Assembly (NCBI GenBank): GCA_015680685.1
Contig: MNCI01000527.1
Coordinates: 124,001 to 188,000, forward strand
Direction of reading: 5' to 3'
Length of the DNA stretch: 64,000 nucleotides
Source: Gnetum montanum
Lineage: Eukaryota > Plantae > Gnetophyta
Shown here piece after piece: positions 52,058-64,000 of this stretch. How positions within the stretch are numbered: position 1 is the stretch's first letter; the number at the start of each line of letters is the position of its first letter. The notes under the pieces are model-generated. The model searched no databases. It had not been told where the DNA came from and saw only the letters and a program-made list of their open reading frames with translations. A program made the translations under genes and the position numbers.

Positions 52058-52250
52058 GAAAAAAAATGAAATCAGAAAAACAGAACTGAATGCCGTGGTT
52101 TTGGGGCAAATCCTTTAGCTTGCCGTTCAGGACTGCACCCACGCATTGGCTGGATTTATGTTGCCGACTCGCCAGACGTTGAACCTGAGTTCGTGGAGTG
52201 TGTGGGAGGCCCTTCTTTCACCACTGAGCCAAGTTAAAAGGGGTTTCGGG
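52058..52250 (-). mobile_element. Possible tRNA-derived SINE
   Basis: A-box TGGCTCAGTGG (52231-52221), imperfect B-box GGTTCAACGTC (52185-52175) 35 nt downstream, T-run near 52060. Confidence 0.4.
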
Positions 52251-53126
52251 CAGCAATCACGTGCAGAAAGCCAGACAGAACTGAGGCCAGTTTAGGGTAG
52301 AACGCAGCNNNNNNNNNNNNNNNNNNNNNNGAAGCAAGGATTAAATCACATAATCATCAAAACCTGCAGGGCATTTTCGAGAGGCAGAGGTTACAACAGT
52401 TGCAGATCTTTACAGAACACACAGCGACGTTCCCTAACGCGGTGGCTGAGTCTTCTCCTGTGATGGTAGTTGCTGGTAACAATTTTTGGCTAAAGAAGAT
52501 ATTTTGAATCAGTTGCGGGCAGTTGCAGCATCAGTGCCTTCACCTTCGGGCTCATATTTCGGCCATCCCGAATTTTAATTTCAATTATCGGGGATGTAGA
52601 AAGGATAAATTAACTACCGCTACCACCAATAAGGTGGATATTATATTATATTTTTATAGTAAAATCTTAGAGATTAATGACACTTAGTATTTAAAATTTA
52701 AATTAAATTAAATTAGATTAGGGAATTTAGACTTATTTTAATAAACTACTTACAAAGGAAATATTTATAATATTTATTAATTAATTCCCCCTAACTTTAT
52801 GAACTAATTGGTAACTCCCTCCTTATTAAATGGGCAAGTAACCTCCTAACTTGTTGGGCAAGTAATCTCCTAATTGGTTGGCCAAATTACTTGGGAGAAA
52901 AGTTAGCTAGGATATTTTGGCATGTAACTACCTTGTAAACCTTATAAAAAGGCTTCATGAGCACTTTGAAAGAAATTTTTATGGGGGGGTGGGATTTAGA
53001 GGAAGGATAATTGAGAGGGATTTTGAAGGATAATTTGGAGAAGAGACTTTTGGGAGGTCTCATACATCACACTTAGGCTCTCACTTGTAGACACTTTGAG
53101 GTCTTGAGAAGAGCATTTGCAAAGAA

Positions 53127-54041
53127 NNNNNNNNNNNNNNNNNNNNNNNNNNNNNNNNNNNNNNNNNNNNNNNNNNNNNNNNNNNNNNNNNNNNNNNNNN
53201 NNNNNNNNNNNNNNNNNNNNNNNNNNNNNNNNNNNNNNNNNNNNNNNNNNNNNNNNNNNNNNNNNNNNNNNNNNNNNNNNNNNNNNNNNNNNNNNNNNNN
53301 NNNNNNNNNNNNNNNNNNNNNNNNNNNNNNNNNNNNNNNNNNNNNNNNNNNNNNNNNNNNNNNNNNNNNNNNNNNNNNNNNNNNNNNNNNNNNNNNNNNN
53401 NNNNNNNNNNNNNNNNNNNNNNNNNNNNNNNNNNNNNNNNNNNNNNNNNNNNNNNNNNNNNNNNNNNNNNNNNNNNNNNNNNNNNNNNNNNNNNNNNNNN
53501 NNNNNNNNNNNNNNNNNNNNNNNNNNNNNNNNNNNNNNNNNNNNNNNNNNNNNNNNNNNNNNNNNNNNNNNNNNNNNNNNNNNNNNNNNNNNNNNNNNNN
53601 NNNNNNNNNNNNNNNNNNNNNNNNNNNNNNNNNNNNNNNNNNNNNNNNNNNNNNNNNNNNNNNNNNNNNNNNNNNNNNNNNNNNNNNNNNNNNNNNNNNN
53701 NNNNNNNNNNNNNNNNNNNNNNNNNNNNNNNNNNNNNNNNNNNNNNNNNNNNNNNNNNNNNNNNNNNNNNNNNNNNNNNNNNNNNNNNNNNNNNNNNNNN
53801 NNNNNNNNNNNNNNNNNNNNNNNNNNNNNNNNNNNNNNNNNNNNNNNNNNNNNNNNNNNNNNNNNNNNNNNNNNNNNNNNNNNNNNNNNNNNNNNNNNNN
53901 NNNNNNNNNNNNNNNNNNNNNNNNNNNNNNNNNNNNNNNNNNNNNNNNNNNNNNNNNNNNNNNNNNNNNNNNNNNNNNNNNNNNNNNNNNNNNNNNNNNN
54001 NNNNNNNNNNNNNNNNNNNNNNNNNNNNNNNNNNNNNNNNN
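53127..54041. other. Assembly gap (N run)
   Basis: Run of n; a smaller gap lies at 52309-52330. Confidence 0.99.
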
Positions 54042-55289
54042 AGCACACACACATACTCACATTAACTACTGAGTTTATTTGGAGGTATCTGGGCCTTGGT
54101 GTTGCCAGAGACCAGCAGGCACCTAAATCCTATTCGAGAACACTCGTTGGCAGTCGCGTATCAAACGGTCACCAACAGATAGATGGTAGGATAAAGAACA
54201 TTAGCTAAAGAAGAAACTTTGCAACCCCTAAAGAAATACTTATTTTGTTTCTTCCAAATAAGAAAAAAAATTTAGGAATTATAAAACCTTTTATAGGACT
54301 TGATATGATAGAGATATAATTAATAAAAGTAGGAGGCAACAAAGACAAAGCAATGCGTATTCAAACAAAATAGTCATCAATAGTCTTTATCATTAGGCAA
54401 TTCAAAAACAATGTAAAAGAGATTTTGAAGAATCATAAAAAGTACATTGAGGAGTATCAAGCCTAACCTATTTTATTCTTGCACACTTTAGTAGTTCATT
54501 GTTTAGTAATGACCATCTAAAAAATTTAATCTTAGGTTGCCAACAAGTCCTCCATATTTTTTTAAAAGTGTTCCTCTATTTATCAAAGCTTCAATCAATA
54601 CACTATTTGTAGTTCAAATATTAAAAATGATATTCTCTTGGGAAGCATCCTGCTCAAGCATTTGAAAAACATTAAGTCTGAAATATGAGAATTATCATCC
54701 TGGAATAAATTTTCTTACAATTTCCAAAAAGATGATTAAGGTATTAAAGTTGAGCTTCAATAATTGAAAGAATAGCATGTAAAAATGTATAATAGTTTCT
54801 AATAGCAGAAAATATGTGAATAATAACTTCCTCTTGCATAATTCCTAAATCACCTACAACATCCTCCTAACTTTGTTTTGGCAATAAATTCAAAATTCTC
54901 ATAAAAGGAGAAAATTCGAAAAATTTATAACTAATATTTATTTTCAAATTTATGATCACTTACAACATGCTATGGCCTTGAAATTTATGAAAAAATATTA
55001 GGGCCATATTAGGGAAGAACTGAAAGTCATTTCCCAATGATAAAAATGAATAAATTATGAAAAAGTCATGAATTGGGGCCAAATTTAAAGACATACACTA
55101 TCGGTTCATAAAATGAAAAGAATGAGTTAAAAATAAATTTTGTCATTTTACTTTCATAGCATTTTTTCCTTAGTTAATATTAACTACATTACATACTAAT
55201 GTTAACAATCTTCTTTTTAGGGTGCAATACAATTTTTTTTTGTTCTTGTTCTCTTCTAGTTTTCATTATGCCTACCCTATGGTGAAGGT

Positions 55290-55790
55290 GCTCATTCTTA
55301 TAATATAAAACAATTTGATTAATAGATTAGCCAATTGATTGTTTGAGTCTACATATAGTAGCTTAATATTTCCATCCTTCTTGTTTTATGGAGTAGTACT
55401 TGATATCAACGTGTTTTGATTTTTTGTGCAAAACATGCTTATTTGATAATTATATGCCTAATGTATCATCATATAAGAGTTTGAATGGAAGTTCAACATG
55501 AAGTCCAAGGTTGATCATGAGTTTTTAAATCCCAATTATGTGCTAGATGTATTTTTTCCTTAGCTATAAATTCTACTTCACAAGTTGAAAGGCTTACTTT
55601 TGTACGTTTCTTTAACTTCCGATATATTACATTTCCTCCATGAAATATAATTATTGTTGATGGAGATTTTCTATCACTATGGTCTCCTTCATAGTTAAAA
55701 TTTGAAAATGCTTTAAATTTTCCATCCCCTTTGGTATAGTTCATTCCATGATCAAAAGTACCTTTTACTTATATTAACACATGAGAAGTG
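55290..55790 (-). pseudogene. Ty1/copia RT-RNase H C-terminal relic
   Basis: DHSDRKSPS...VSLSTCEVEFIA and KSKHVDIKY resemble Copia DRKSTS / STxEAEY / TKHIDI motifs. Confidence 0.75.
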
Positions 55791-56836
55791 ATTAAATGAA
55801 ATTGTCAGGGAGCAATGATGATACTATAGAAATGATATAAGTGATATCAACAAACCTTCAATCTAAGGGACAATGTGTTAATTTAATCAATGGTATGACA
55901 AGGGTTCAAACTCAAGGAAATCATCAAAAACTTGTAAAACAATGGTAACTCGAAATTTGGTAAAACAATTAAGATCCAATTAGACATGAAGTGAGACAAA
56001 TGTAATGACATAGAAGCATGAGACTAATATACAATACTCAAGTCTGAAATAGTTATTGCATTAAATTCTTATAAAACTCCAGATCCCAAGAAATCATTGA
56101 AATAGTAAATTACAGTAGCATGAAACATATAAATAAGGGACAAAAATCAAACAAATGTAGTCATTTAAAGCAAGATTAAGCCTAAACTTAATTACATGAA
56201 AATTGGAAAAAAATCCTTAAAAAACTCATCTACATTGATAATGTCAAAAACTTGAAAATAGATATAATCAAGAGAAAATTCTAAGATAACTCACCCAAGT
56301 CAAAACACAAAAATCTACAAAGTAATGCATGAATACAACTACACTCACATTTGAACCCCATGTGTGCAAGCTAGCAAAGCTCCTCAAGACTGTCACTAGT
56401 CTCTAATCTAACAATGCTTCCACATCTAAAATAATGAATGGAAAAGTTCCCAAAAGAATCAAGTGTGGAGTTTTTAATAGAGAATACCAAAATCACAAAT
56501 TTAGCAATCCTAATTCTATTCACTAAAATTAGACACTATAATAAAAAATAACCACTAACCTCTCATAAATTGTGTAGACTCCTGAAAAGCCAATAGAGTT
56601 ATACCATAATACTTTAGATAAAATCAACACCTATCAATAATTAATTTAATTTATAAAAATTATCATCCTCAAAAAACATGATAATGTCATGATATGCCTT
56701 ACATACCCAAACCATAGCCTTCACGAAAACCCATATAAATTAGGTTAGTGCACACTAGATAAAAATATAATTTAATAATGTATAAAATTAAATATACATG
56801 AGCATAATAGGCATCCAAAAAATACAAGTTATTACA

Positions 56837-59800
56837 TTCCCTCCCTTCCCACTTAAAAATCTTCCTCCTTGAATATATCAAGATGGAATTATCACATATT
56901 AGACTCAAGCTCCCAAGTTAATTTTTGAAAATCATGATGACTCCATAATACTTTCATCATTGGAATAACTTTGTTGTGCAACTCTCACTTCATCGGATCC
57001 ATGATCCTAATACAATGCTCCACATATGAAGCATTAACTTGAAGTTGTACATTGATTTATTTGACAACATGATTATCATTAGGAACATACTTTTAAGGTA
57101 TGAATACATCAAAAGCATCATGCATGCTCAAAATTTATGGAGGCAAAGTCATGTCACACCACCTCTCTTATGCATTAAAGCATATTGAATGATCTAATAT
57201 AATGAGATGCAAGCTTGTGTTTTTGATTGAAATGCATCAATTCCTTCAATAGAGAGACAAGAGTGTAACACCTTATTACCAATTGCAAACTTGAGAGGTA
57301 TCTTTCTATAATTTGTATAACTAGCTTGAAAATATTAAGTTGCTTTGAGCTACTTACAAATCTCTTTAATTTCATTTGGTTTATGTAAGGTTATATCTAA
57401 ATTTATCCATTGCTTATCCTAAATTACATCCCAATACAAAGGAGTCCTACAAGGTCTACTATAGCAAACCTCATATCACATTTCTTTTAAACTTCTTTGG
57501 TAGGTATTATTATAGACAAGTTCAACCAATGGTAATAGACTATCCTAGTTATCTAGAAATTGTAAGGCATAAGATCAAAGAATATTCTTCAAAACTTGGT
57601 TAACTTTCTCAAACTTTTTATCTATCTATGGATGGTATGCTAAATTGAAATTTATCCTAGTGGCTTAGGCATCCATTAATTCTTCCCAAAGTTAAGAGGT
57701 GGATTTGGCATCATAATTTAAGAAAATTTGATAAGAATGTCATGCAATCATATAATCTCAAAGATGAATAATTGTGCAATATCCTATGAGTTGTCCATAG
57801 TCTTCATAGTAGAAAAATGAGTTGACTTAGTTAACAAGTCAATAATAATGAATATGAAATCCTTTCTACCCCTAGTACGATGTAAATTGGTAATGAAATT
57901 CATACCAATCATCTTCCACTTTTCTTGTGGAAAAGTGTGAGGGTATAAGTAACCAAACTTGATCACTAATGCTCAAGCTTAACTTGTTAACTGATTAAGA
58001 ATTTTGCCATGAATTTTTTAATCTATTGTTGTATGCTTGATCACCAATATAACCTCTTAAACATCTAATACATATTATCACTACTAGGATGCATCTCAAA
58101 CTTACTAAGGTAAGCTTCCTTTACTAGATGCTATTGGAAGGAATTAGGCATACATACTTGATCCTTATAATGAAGTAACCAAAATTCATTTATCGTAAAT
58201 AACAAACTACTAGATTGCCTTAGTTGATTTCACCAATGATCTCACTACGAATCTACGCAAATTTCATCTAGAATGTCAAATTAAATCACTAAGCTATGAA
58301 GCTTATGAGCCACATGACTTAAGGCATATGGAATAATTTTACATTGTGCATTTGATACTAGATTTTAAAGTTAAAATTAGCTAATAATTCAACCTAAATC
58401 CTTTGATGTAGATTCAATTATGGATAATTCATTAAATACTGCAATCCTTTGTGATTAGACCATATTGTTAACTACTCATTGAACAAATAATAACACAAAC
58501 CCTTCAAGGCAAATACTACAACTCCTAAATCAAGGTGTTAAGTGGGATAATGAATCTTATGAGGCCTTAATTACCTTGAAGCATACGCTATTCATTTGTC
58601 CTCTTTCATAAGAACACGTCCATAACCTTTACTTGATGCATTGGTACGAACATCACATGGTTTATCAAGTGTAGGCAAAATTAGCAAAGGAGTTGAAACT
58701 AGTCTAGTCCTAAACTTATCAAAAGTAGCGTGACATTATGAATTTCATGAAAACCAAACATTCTTATGTAATAACTTTGTGAAAGGTGAATAAATGTAAG
58801 AAAAGTTTTAAATAAACATCCTATAGTAACTTGTCAAACTAAGGAAGTTGTGAATCTCTTTCACATCCTTAAGGAGAGGCTAGTCTTAAATAATTAATGT
58901 CTAAGTGAGATCCATCACTATACTAGTCTTTGAAATGACATGTCCTAATAACTTATTCTCTTTGCATCAAAATGAGAACTTTGAAGGTTGAACAAATAAT
59001 TGATGCTCCTTGAGCATCCACAAAGTTATTCTTGAATGATACTCATGAAGATCCTTCGATGGTAAGTACATCCAATTGTTATTGATGAACACACTAACAA
59101 AATAGTCTAGATAATATCTCATCACATGGTTCATGAGTTGTGTGAACATAACCGAAACATTAGTAAGCTCAAATACTAAGCCCATGAACTCCTAATGTCT
59201 ATATTAAGTTTTGAAGGTTGTGTTGGAGACATCCTTATCCTTGATGTAAACCTGATCACATCCTAAATTTAGATCTATATTTGAGAACACCTAAGCTTCT
59301 CTCAATTGATTAAAAAAATCATCTATACAAGGTAAGGAATGACCATTCTTCATAGTCACCTAATGCTATCATCCTTCTTCTCAATGAAGAGAATAAGAAT
59401 ACTTCAAGAAGATACATTTGGATGAATTGAATCCTTATCTAGTAGCTCATGAAGTTGAATCTTCACTTGACCCAACTTGATAGGGGACATCCTATGTAGA
59501 ATCTTAGAGATGGGTTCAACATTTGATTTGAGAGCAATCTCAAACTCAACATCATGCCTTAGAGGTAAAATAAGCGACTTTAAATGAAAAAGGTTCTAAA
59601 TCACAAAAGCTATATATTTGTATATTTAATCCACAATAAACACACTATCACCAACAACGTAAAGGTAAGCCTTTAAATAAGAAATTGATTTTCCAAATCC
59701 AAAGAAATAATCATCCATATATTAATAAAAGAATAACTGGTACTAGGATTAAAGTGAATGAAAACTAAAAAATCTAAAATTATGCCTCTAGTATCCATTA

Positions 59801-60981
59801 TAGTATTAGATTGAGCATCAACTAGTTGGTTAGTTAAAGTATACACACATTCATACATCCTATCACTATCGTAATTACTTGCTAGTCTACCATTCTATTA
59901 AGAATCACCATTATCTAAATGTTTTATATAATTGAAGCTTTTATCTCCTAGCTAGCTATAATTATAGCAATTGGGACAATCCTTTAGAAGATGTTTAATG
60001 TTCCTACATGCATGGTGGGTAATAGGCCCATAAGTGGTTCCATCACCCAAAGGCTATGATTGTTGTCCACTAAATCTAGAACTCTAGGCCCACTTGGATC
60101 CACTAGACTTCCTAGAATAATTTTGAATTCTTTTTTTAAAATGACATGATATACTACATTTGCCAACTAACTACACTCAATGTCCCTCACATGAACACAT
60201 ATATCCTCATACTTTTGAAGACAAAGAGGAAGCAAGTAGTCCTTAATAGATGTATGAAGACCATAGAGGAAATGGTTTGTCCTAGTCTTCTCATCTAAAT
60301 GTATCCGAGACACATACATGCTCAACTTTAAAAACTTGTAGTTGTACTCAAACATGGTCCAAATATCCTAGTAGAGATGATAGAACTTATCTACTTTAGC
60401 ATCCATGTACATTGAAGAAATATAATGCTTATTAAAAGAAAGTAAGAAATTGCTCCTATGAACATCACATGCCTTCCAATGATAGCCTTCTCTTGTGTAG
60501 CCTACCAACAACTAACAACACCTTTAAACTAGTAGGTTGTTAATCAAGTTTGTTGCACAAGAGTGTAACACATTAACTTGAAGATATTTATGACCTCCTC
60601 TAACAATTTAGTGACAGTAGTAGAATCCTTAGTACCTTGAAATGTAGGAAATTCATACTTATAGAATTTCTTCATAAGCTCATGTTCCATTGGTTGTCTA
60701 CCACCATTACCACTCCTTGGCCCAATGAGCATCAATAATGTGTTTGTATTCTTCTCCATATGCTAACAAGAAAATTGAAACAAATAGTAATTGATATCTA
60801 ATTGATTTATCTCCTCATGCATAGTAGAAGTAGAAGTTACAGGAGTAATAATCTCTACTTGTAGATTAGTTACATGTTTCTCCATTTGATTAAGAATGAG
60901 ATTAGGAATTGGAGTTGGCTTGTTAGGTCTTACATCCACTCTTCTACCATGACCATGTCCATTTCTATCACCTTTCATCAC
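56837..60981 (-). mobile_element. Highly decayed Ty3/gypsy chromovirus (Tekay-like) internal region gag-PR-RT-RH-INT
   Basis: PTFQGTKD (gag), MGLVFELTNV...FVSVFINN (decayed RT PFGLTNAP...FIDD), KWKMIGMNFITNL...IIDLLTKSTHF (INT), reverse-complement PPT at ~56837. Probable 3' LTR at ~55800-56836. Confidence 0.8.
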
Positions 60982-62874
60982 TAGACATAATAATAGATAA
61001 GAAAATTATTAAATCTATGCTCTAAAAACATATTGAAACATCCTCCTTCCTAACATTAGATTAGAGAGAATTACTTTGAGTATAGAATCCATAAATGAAT
61101 GATTGGTCATGATAAGTATTAGAGTATTATTTTAAGTTAAGATATAATCATTAGTTTCTTAATTTTATTTTTAGAAATTACAAATGATAATGATGGTTTA
61201 GTCAAGAGTTGCAACTCCTTACAAAGGATTAAACATTACAAGTTCTTCATAATAAGATGAGGTGTGAAGTAATATGGAATAATGAATAAGTGAAGAAAAA
61301 GGAGTATAGAATAATAAAAAACAACAAGCAACAATGGAGCAATATGAACAATAGCGAATAAAAATGGAATTAGAAATAAGGAAGTCACTACAATTTATTG
61401 ATTCATCATATTATTACAAAAAAAAAATGGTTATCAAGTAATTTGAAAGAGAAAAAAAATGAAGAAGGATATAGTTTCCTAAATAGAACAAGAAGATCCA
61501 AGGTGTGCCATTCATAATGTTATCTAGTTTCGTAAAGAGGAAGAAGATATCATAAAAAAGGTTATGATGGAAATTAGAAGAAAGAATATGAAGAAGGAAC
61601 ATGCTATGATTGAAAAAGTAGTCTCTAACTAGTCAAGTTGTAGATCATTGAGAAACCCAAGAAGTCCCAACCCACATAGGATTGACCAATAGGGAAAATT
61701 CCAAAAGAGACATGTTACAAGAAATAGGTAAAGGTTAACATTGTAAGGATTTAGTTAGAGATGAAGAAGTATGTTTTAAATTATAGTGAAGTTATACCAC
61801 CAATGACTTAATGAAGTACAAAAGATGTTTGTGAAGTTAAGTTTAGGAGAAACTTAAAGAAGTATAGTGAAACAAGTCTAAGCACAAGAGTTTGTAATAG
61901 CTTGAGTTAAAAACAACAATCATAAGCATATTAATTCTTATGATGAAGAAGTGAATATGAACCAAAAGAAGATGCACCGATAGGAATAATAACATAAGAA
62001 ATTCTTGGGAAGGTAGAGCTTGGAGATACAAGCCCAAAGAGGATATTATGAAGAACTAGAATAAGGAACAAGTATCAAGTAATGGATTCAGTACACCATA
62101 ACTTTAATCATTATAAAAGGATTCATAAGCAGCCAAGTTAGTAAAACTTATGATATTCAAAACTTTCAAGAATTATAAAGAGCAATAATCATTAGAAAGA
62201 AAGCTATGATCTTACATCTCCATGATATTGATATTTCTATCAGTTGTGAAAAGTGAATATCCTGAATATCAATATTCTATTATATACACAATGAAAAGAT
62301 TAACCAAAAGGTTTAAAATCTAACATGGTATCTTTGAAAATTAACATAGTATCATAGCATAACAAAGTAGATATCAAACTACCATGTACATGGATTTATT
62401 TATTAGTGTCAACCAAATATTTGATGCTAGAGGTATCACCTAAGAATTATCTCTCATGTTTTGGGGGTAACTAATGAGATAAATGAACGTAGAATGACTC
62501 TTCTATATAGGATGAAACCTATAATGAAAGTCATACTAATGCATCCTAGTGGAAGTCAAATGTGAAAAATCTTTAAGAATCCCATCTCCAACTAGCCATA
62601 TAACGTAGTGCTAGCTCATGAAAAACAACAATCATACAAATATCCAAATATATGAAAGTTAGAATTTTATGATGGAGGGACACAATGAATGGACTAACAA
62701 GTTCAAATTATCAAAAACTTCATTACAATTAAAGATAAACTCTAATATTAAATCCAATGAACCAAAAAGTGTTAGACTAATCCAACAATATCAAATTGTA
62801 TATAGAGATGTTAAAAAATGTTAAACTAACCTATAATAATAAGATAGGTCTAAAATAGAAAATTCAAACGACCA

Positions 62875-63150
62875 AAACTTAACCATGACTAATGGTGGTT
62901 GATCATGACTTATGGTTTGCTTAGAAAAATCAAGGGAAGAAACTATAGTAAAATTTACTTAACCATGACCTAACTATGACCTTTGGTGAAATGTCATGAC
63001 CAGACAATGACTTGTGGTTGATTAAAAACCATTTATAAGCACTCAAAATGATAACACAGGAAAGAAGACTTAACCATGACTTTATCACAACTATGGGATT
63101 TTAAGTTTTTCATAACTAGAGATTCATGACATCCTAACAACATGGGTCAT
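62875..63150. repeat. Cluster of (C)CATGAC(T) words
   Basis: About eight copies within ~270 bp, probably LTR or UTR sub-repeats. Confidence 0.45.
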
Positions 63151-63719
63151 TACATTCCTTTATCTTTCTTTGGTCACATAGATTCATACATAATCACTAA
63201 TTTTAAATTCAACTTTCATCTTATTCACATTGATCTTTTAAGAAACATAATTACTCTTTGTTTCTAAGTGAGATTTGACTTGTTGATGCAATTTCTTAAT
63301 TTACTGAAAAAAATAAGAATTCAAAGAAGCATGATCATTAAATTTTTTCATTTCATCTATCCTCTTGGATGAGTAACCATAATTTCCTCCTAGGGTTGGG
63401 CTCTAACATAAAAAAAAAACTTGCTTTTATATAAAAGTTTATGTGAAGTAACTAGGTGAAGTATCTCAAGGATGTTATTAATAATCATTAGCTTGCTATC
63501 TATAAGCTCTATGATGAAGGATAAGAGTTGAGATCATTAGTAGAAATCCAATAAGCATTAATAGATACCTAGTGAGTGTTGGTTAAAATCCAACAAAATG
63601 AGATTAGGGACTTCAAAAATTAATTATCCATGCAAGCAAGAACATTAGTATTAGGATCAAGTTAGTTTCCAAGTTCTAAGTAAATGAGCTAGAAATTTAT
63701 GAGTGCAATAGAGACAATA

Positions 63720-64000
63720 CATATATTGATGCTTTTCTCTTTGATATAGAGGATTTCTTGAAAATATATGAGTATACCAAGAAAAAACAAGCCCATGACA
63801 TTATTCAATTATTAGGTGGAATTGTAAAAACATGATGGCTTAAAATTCTCTAAGAAGAGAAAGGTAGGATAGATAAAACTATAAGAACATGGGACTAATT
63901 CAAAGAGGCATTATTTGAGAACTTCCATTTAATCATTTTCATTCAAAGCCTAGGTGAAGTTGACAAAACCTTTATGTCATTAGGCTACGATATCATAGCT
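63720..64000 (+). pseudogene. Ty3/gypsy gag relic running off the window
   Basis: IDAFLFDIEDFL...LGGIVKT*W...TWD*FKEALFENF resembles the retrotransposon gag WxxFKxAL motif. Confidence 0.55.

Noticed and set aside
52996-54208. Five 320-360 aa ORFs
   Set aside because: Artefacts of translating an N gap.
61200-62500. Purine-rich stretch resembling a decayed extra ORF of the chromovirus
   Set aside because: No sustained frame or recognisable motif.

Overview
Repeat-dense, heavily C>T/G>A-decayed land-plant DNA made almost entirely of nested transposons. (1) An old plus-strand Ty3/gypsy Tat-clade element runs from before base 1 to its 3' LTR at 39038-40466. (2) A younger, complete minus-strand Tat-clade relative (8607-26188, ~1.44 kb LTRs, GGCCC TSD) is inserted in it. 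(3) A non-autonomous LTR element (33869-38470) carrying an intronless CCR4/nocturnin-like ORF sits in the old element's 3' region. The rest holds a hAT transposase relic, a pol-less SIRE-like Copia derivative (45969-51104), a possible SINE, two N gaps, and Copia and chromovirus relics. Main discovery: in both Tat elements gag-PR is separated from RT by a multi-kb spacer that looks like a phase-0 intron. That spacer contains an antisense, ~8-exon gene encoding an FCP1/NIF-like (HAD) domain, a TE-type 'RFNW' domain and a coiled coil. Its protein sequence and the splice phases I could check are conserved between the two diverged families. All translations and alignments were done by eye; no database searches were run.
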